Virus record (IMG/VR): IMGVR_UViG_3300037475_000211
Coordinates: 3,330-67,329 of that record
Strand: one strand, 5' to 3'
DNA length: 64,000 nt
DNA from: a virus
Of this stretch, positions 62,528-64,000 are shown piece after piece (within the stretch, counting starts at the first letter, position 1; every line of letters begins with the position of its first letter). The notes beneath the pieces are model-generated. The model was not told the DNA's origin. It did not search any database and saw nothing but the letters and a program-made list of their open reading frames with translations. The translations under genes and the position numbers were made by a program.

Positions 62528-63937
62528 TCATTGTGCCCTGCTATTTAATTGTGCAACTAATCCTGCAACAGCATCTACCAATGTGCTGAATGATGGTCTA
62601 CCTTGATAGCTTTGTATTAATTGTTTTCCAACGTTAGCTAACTCTAATAACCTATCTTTAATAGGATCAGGTAGGGTTTGGTTGGATTCCATAACCTTTG
62701 ATTTGTCTATATCGTTTAAAAATGCTCTGAAATTATTAAATTCAGCTGCACCATTAACGAATGCTACAATTTTGGGATGAAGCTCTGCTTCATCATTAAT
62801 TGCTTTCATATTGATGGCATCATTAAGTTCTTTAGAAAATTGTTTAATGCCCTCTTTATCACCTCTATCTTTAGCATCTTTGATCTTATCAAGATAAGGT
62901 TTGTAAGTAGTTAATTCTTTAGATAATAAATCTGCTTTGATTTTATCTGTAACAGTTTTCTTAATTCCCATTTTAACGTTAGCAATATTCTGCTTAAATT
63001 TAAATAAGTCCCCCGAAAAAGTACTGGAGTTTCTAAGAGCATCATGTTCTTTGCCAACTTCAGACCACAATTTTCTTTTTTTATTATTGCTTTCATGAAT
63101 TTCTTGTTGTACTAATTGTAATTCTTTTTCAAGCTTATTTACTTTAGCAACATCATTTGTATTTTGAATAAGCTTGATTAATTCATCTCTTTTGGCAACC
63201 AATTTTTTATTAAATTTAGATTGTCTTTGACGAGCCTTCTCTCTGTAGGCATTAGCCTTTTCTGGATCATGCTTTAAGCTTTCCATAAAATCTTTAAAAT
63301 AACTTCTGCGAGCTGCAATATATGCTTGATATTCTGGATGATTAATATTAAGCTTTTTTAACATCATTAGTTTTTCATGATGACGTTTTCTTGCCTCTAA
63401 GTTTTGTCTAACTTTATCGCCGGTCCAAGTAATATTTTTGTCGCCTTTATCAATTCCTTGTTGATTAAATTCTTTAGCTAATTGGGCGGCTTTCATATCA
63501 GAAATATTAAAATCCTCGCCAGCAGCAGCTTTAAGTTTATTTTCTGCATCTTCAGCGACTTTATAAACAAATTCTAAAAAGTCACCAGGGTTAAAGTCTT
63601 CATCCCAACCTTCAGACTCAGTTTGTCTAAGATAAGAATTAGTCATAATACGTTTTTCTCTATCACGTAATGTACTAACTAATTCACCAGCATCTTCAAA
63701 TTTTTCTGGATCTAAGTTCTCAGCATCAACTTTTAATGTGTCCATTAGCTCTTTATAGCCTGACATAAAGGATTCAAATTGATTAAATAATTCTTCATCT
63801 TTGATATCAAAATTGTCTGCGGCAGCTATTAAATTAGCACTTTCAGCTGCAAATTTAGATATTTGATACTCAAAGTGAGCGTCAATTGAGAATTTTTCTA
63901 TACGATTGAAAAGTTGTGCTAGTTTATTCATCTTCAC
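62528..63937 (-). CDS. Large coiled-coil protein of unknown function
   Basis: 469-aa charged helical ORF; transcription direction switches here. Confidence 0.6.
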   Translation of the reverse strand: MKMNKLAQLFNRIEKFSIDAHFEYQISKFAAESANLIAAADNFDIKDEELFNQFESFMSGYKELMDTLKVDAENLDPEKFEDAGELVSTLRDREKRIMTNSYLRQTESEGWDEDFNPGDFLEFVYKVAEDAENKLKAAAGEDFNISDMKAAQLAKEFNQQGIDKGDKNITWTGDKVRQNLEARKRHHEKLMMLKKLNINHPEYQAYIAARRSYFKDFMESLKHDPEKANAYREKARQRQSKFNKKLVAKRDELIKLIQNTNDVAKVNKLEKELQLVQQEIHESNNKKRKLWSEVGKEHDALRNSSTFSGDLFKFKQNIANVKMGIKKTVTDKIKADLLSKELTTYKPYLDKIKDAKDRGDKEGIKQFSKELNDAINMKAINDEAELHPKIVAFVNGAAEFNNFRAFLNDIDKSKVMESNQTLPDPIKDRLLELANVGKQLIQSYQGRPSFSTLVDAVAGLVAQLNSRAQ

Positions 63938-64000
63938 CTTTTAGTTCAAAACTATTCGATTTTATTACCAAACTTGATATAGAATATGTAAATAAAGCGA

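Noticed and set aside
1-64000. Stop-codon reassignment
   Set aside because: Recognisable enzymes are full length in the standard code, and TAG/TGA end genes at sensible positions, including many ATGA overlaps

Overview
AT-rich, densely packed, almost entirely + strand segment that reads as the accessory/early region of a very large (jumbo-type) bacteriophage using the standard genetic code. No capsid, terminase or polymerase genes are in the window. It holds well over 100 short ORFs, many in tandem paralog arrays. Recognisable enzymes include an RNA ligase, metallophosphoesterase, cyclic-phosphate receiver domain, deaminase, CoaE, PanD, PncA-like and CinA/PncC-NadD-like NAD salvage proteins, a YgiB/YgiC-like pair, a PEP-utiliser-like protein next to a CX5R phosphatase, a kinase, two Nudix hydrolases, SpoU, LemA/TPM, a K+ channel, a 5'-3' exonuclease and a DNA methyltransferase. 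There are five free-standing homing endonucleases, three canonical tRNAs (one is Leu-AAG) and two aberrant tRNA-like RNAs. The most notable unexplained patterns are: (1) about 35 otherwise unrelated small proteins share a C-terminal tag, roughly Phi-x-[KNR]-L-[KR]-[AVS]-F-x-stop; (2) six proteins end in a W-x-x-S...C-stop tail, five of them clustered just upstream of a nucleotidyltransferase-like gene; (3) eight copies of a 16-bp motif TCCCATC-N3-TAACGG; (4) two long, hairpin-dense intergenic regions that look like ncRNAs. All calls come from motif reading by eye; no database searches were run.
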